Of a stretch of DNA of 64,000 bases, positions 63,441 through 64,000 are shown piece after piece. The translations under genes and the position numbers were made by a program. This DNA comes from Harriotta raleighana (lineage: Eukaryota), in contig JBNZDD010013718.1 of assembly GCA_050575255.1 (NCBI GenBank), positions 4,423,644-4,487,643 on the forward strand, read 5' to 3'. The first letter of the stretch is position 1. Each line of letters starts with the position of its first letter. The notes beneath the pieces were generated by a model that worked only from the letters and a program-made list of their open reading frames with translations, was not told where the DNA came from and did not search any database.

Positions 63441-64000
63441 TGTGACCCAGTCAACAACATTAAGTTGCAGTAAACCAAAACTTTCCCCGGGTTCTCTTGG
63501 CAGACCACAAAAGCATGAGCATAACTTTGGGGAGGTTAAACTCAACTAAACTAGCAATGCACCCACCAGTCAGTTTGCCTTGTTTGTTGCTGCTCACACT
63601 GTTTGAACATGGTTAACGATGAGTCAACTAAAAGTCTGGTGTTTCTCAACATCCTCCTTGACAAGTTCTAACTCATGCACAACAGTCAGCATGTGCCTCC
63701 GAAATCGACCTATTATCATACAATAAGTGATCATACAATAAGTTACTGAACTTCATATAGCTGTTGTTTCCTTTTGTAGTACAGTATAGTGGTTTGCAGA
63801 ACCACACAAATCCAGTAGAATTAAAGGTTATCCAACCAGTGTTTTCTCCTCTAACTAACCCACTCCTCCAACGAAGTCATGTATCCTCATTCGCAATCCC
63901 TCGAAGTTTCCTCTTGTACTTTGTGAATAGACTTTGGAAGCCTTTATATAACTATAACAACAACAGTACATCCAGGATTCAGTGTTACTTATGAACCCAA

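Noticed and set aside
1-64000. CRISPR arrays, prokaryotic operons, intact transposase or reverse transcriptase ORFs
   Set aside because: None seen. The DNA is intron-rich vertebrate sequence, and the remaining short ORFs show no recognisable domains beyond L2 remnants.

Overview
Vertebrate genomic DNA, most likely from a cartilaginous fish. This is inferred from the protein and the repeat families; the species cannot be read from the sequence. The only supportable protein-coding gene is a complete basonuclin-1 (bnc1) on the minus strand. It has five coding exons (27489-27497, 10839-10941, 9531-9766, 6125-8073, 3308-3977) with GT-AG introns and compatible phases, giving a 2967-nt CDS (988 aa) with three pairs of C2H2 fingers and a PKKKSRKSS NLS. 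The rest is intron, UTR and about 36 kb of upstream non-coding DNA. It carries Deu-domain and tRNA-derived SINEs, L2 and CR1 LINE 3' ends, TA-flanked Tc1/mariner-pogo-type MITEs (one nested pair, one inverted pair around exon 1), Penelope-like termini with decayed hammerhead-ribozyme cores, and a probable LF-SINE relic. Single-N joins, a gap and poly-G runs mark assembly problems, including a 1.13-kb duplication that is probably false. I found no convincing wholly new system. The best leads are the hammerhead-bearing fold-back element, three overlapping uORFs before a 9-nt first coding exon, the BNC2-like residues in this BNC1, and the LF-SINE-like element. Repeat family names come from recalled consensus sequences, not database searches.
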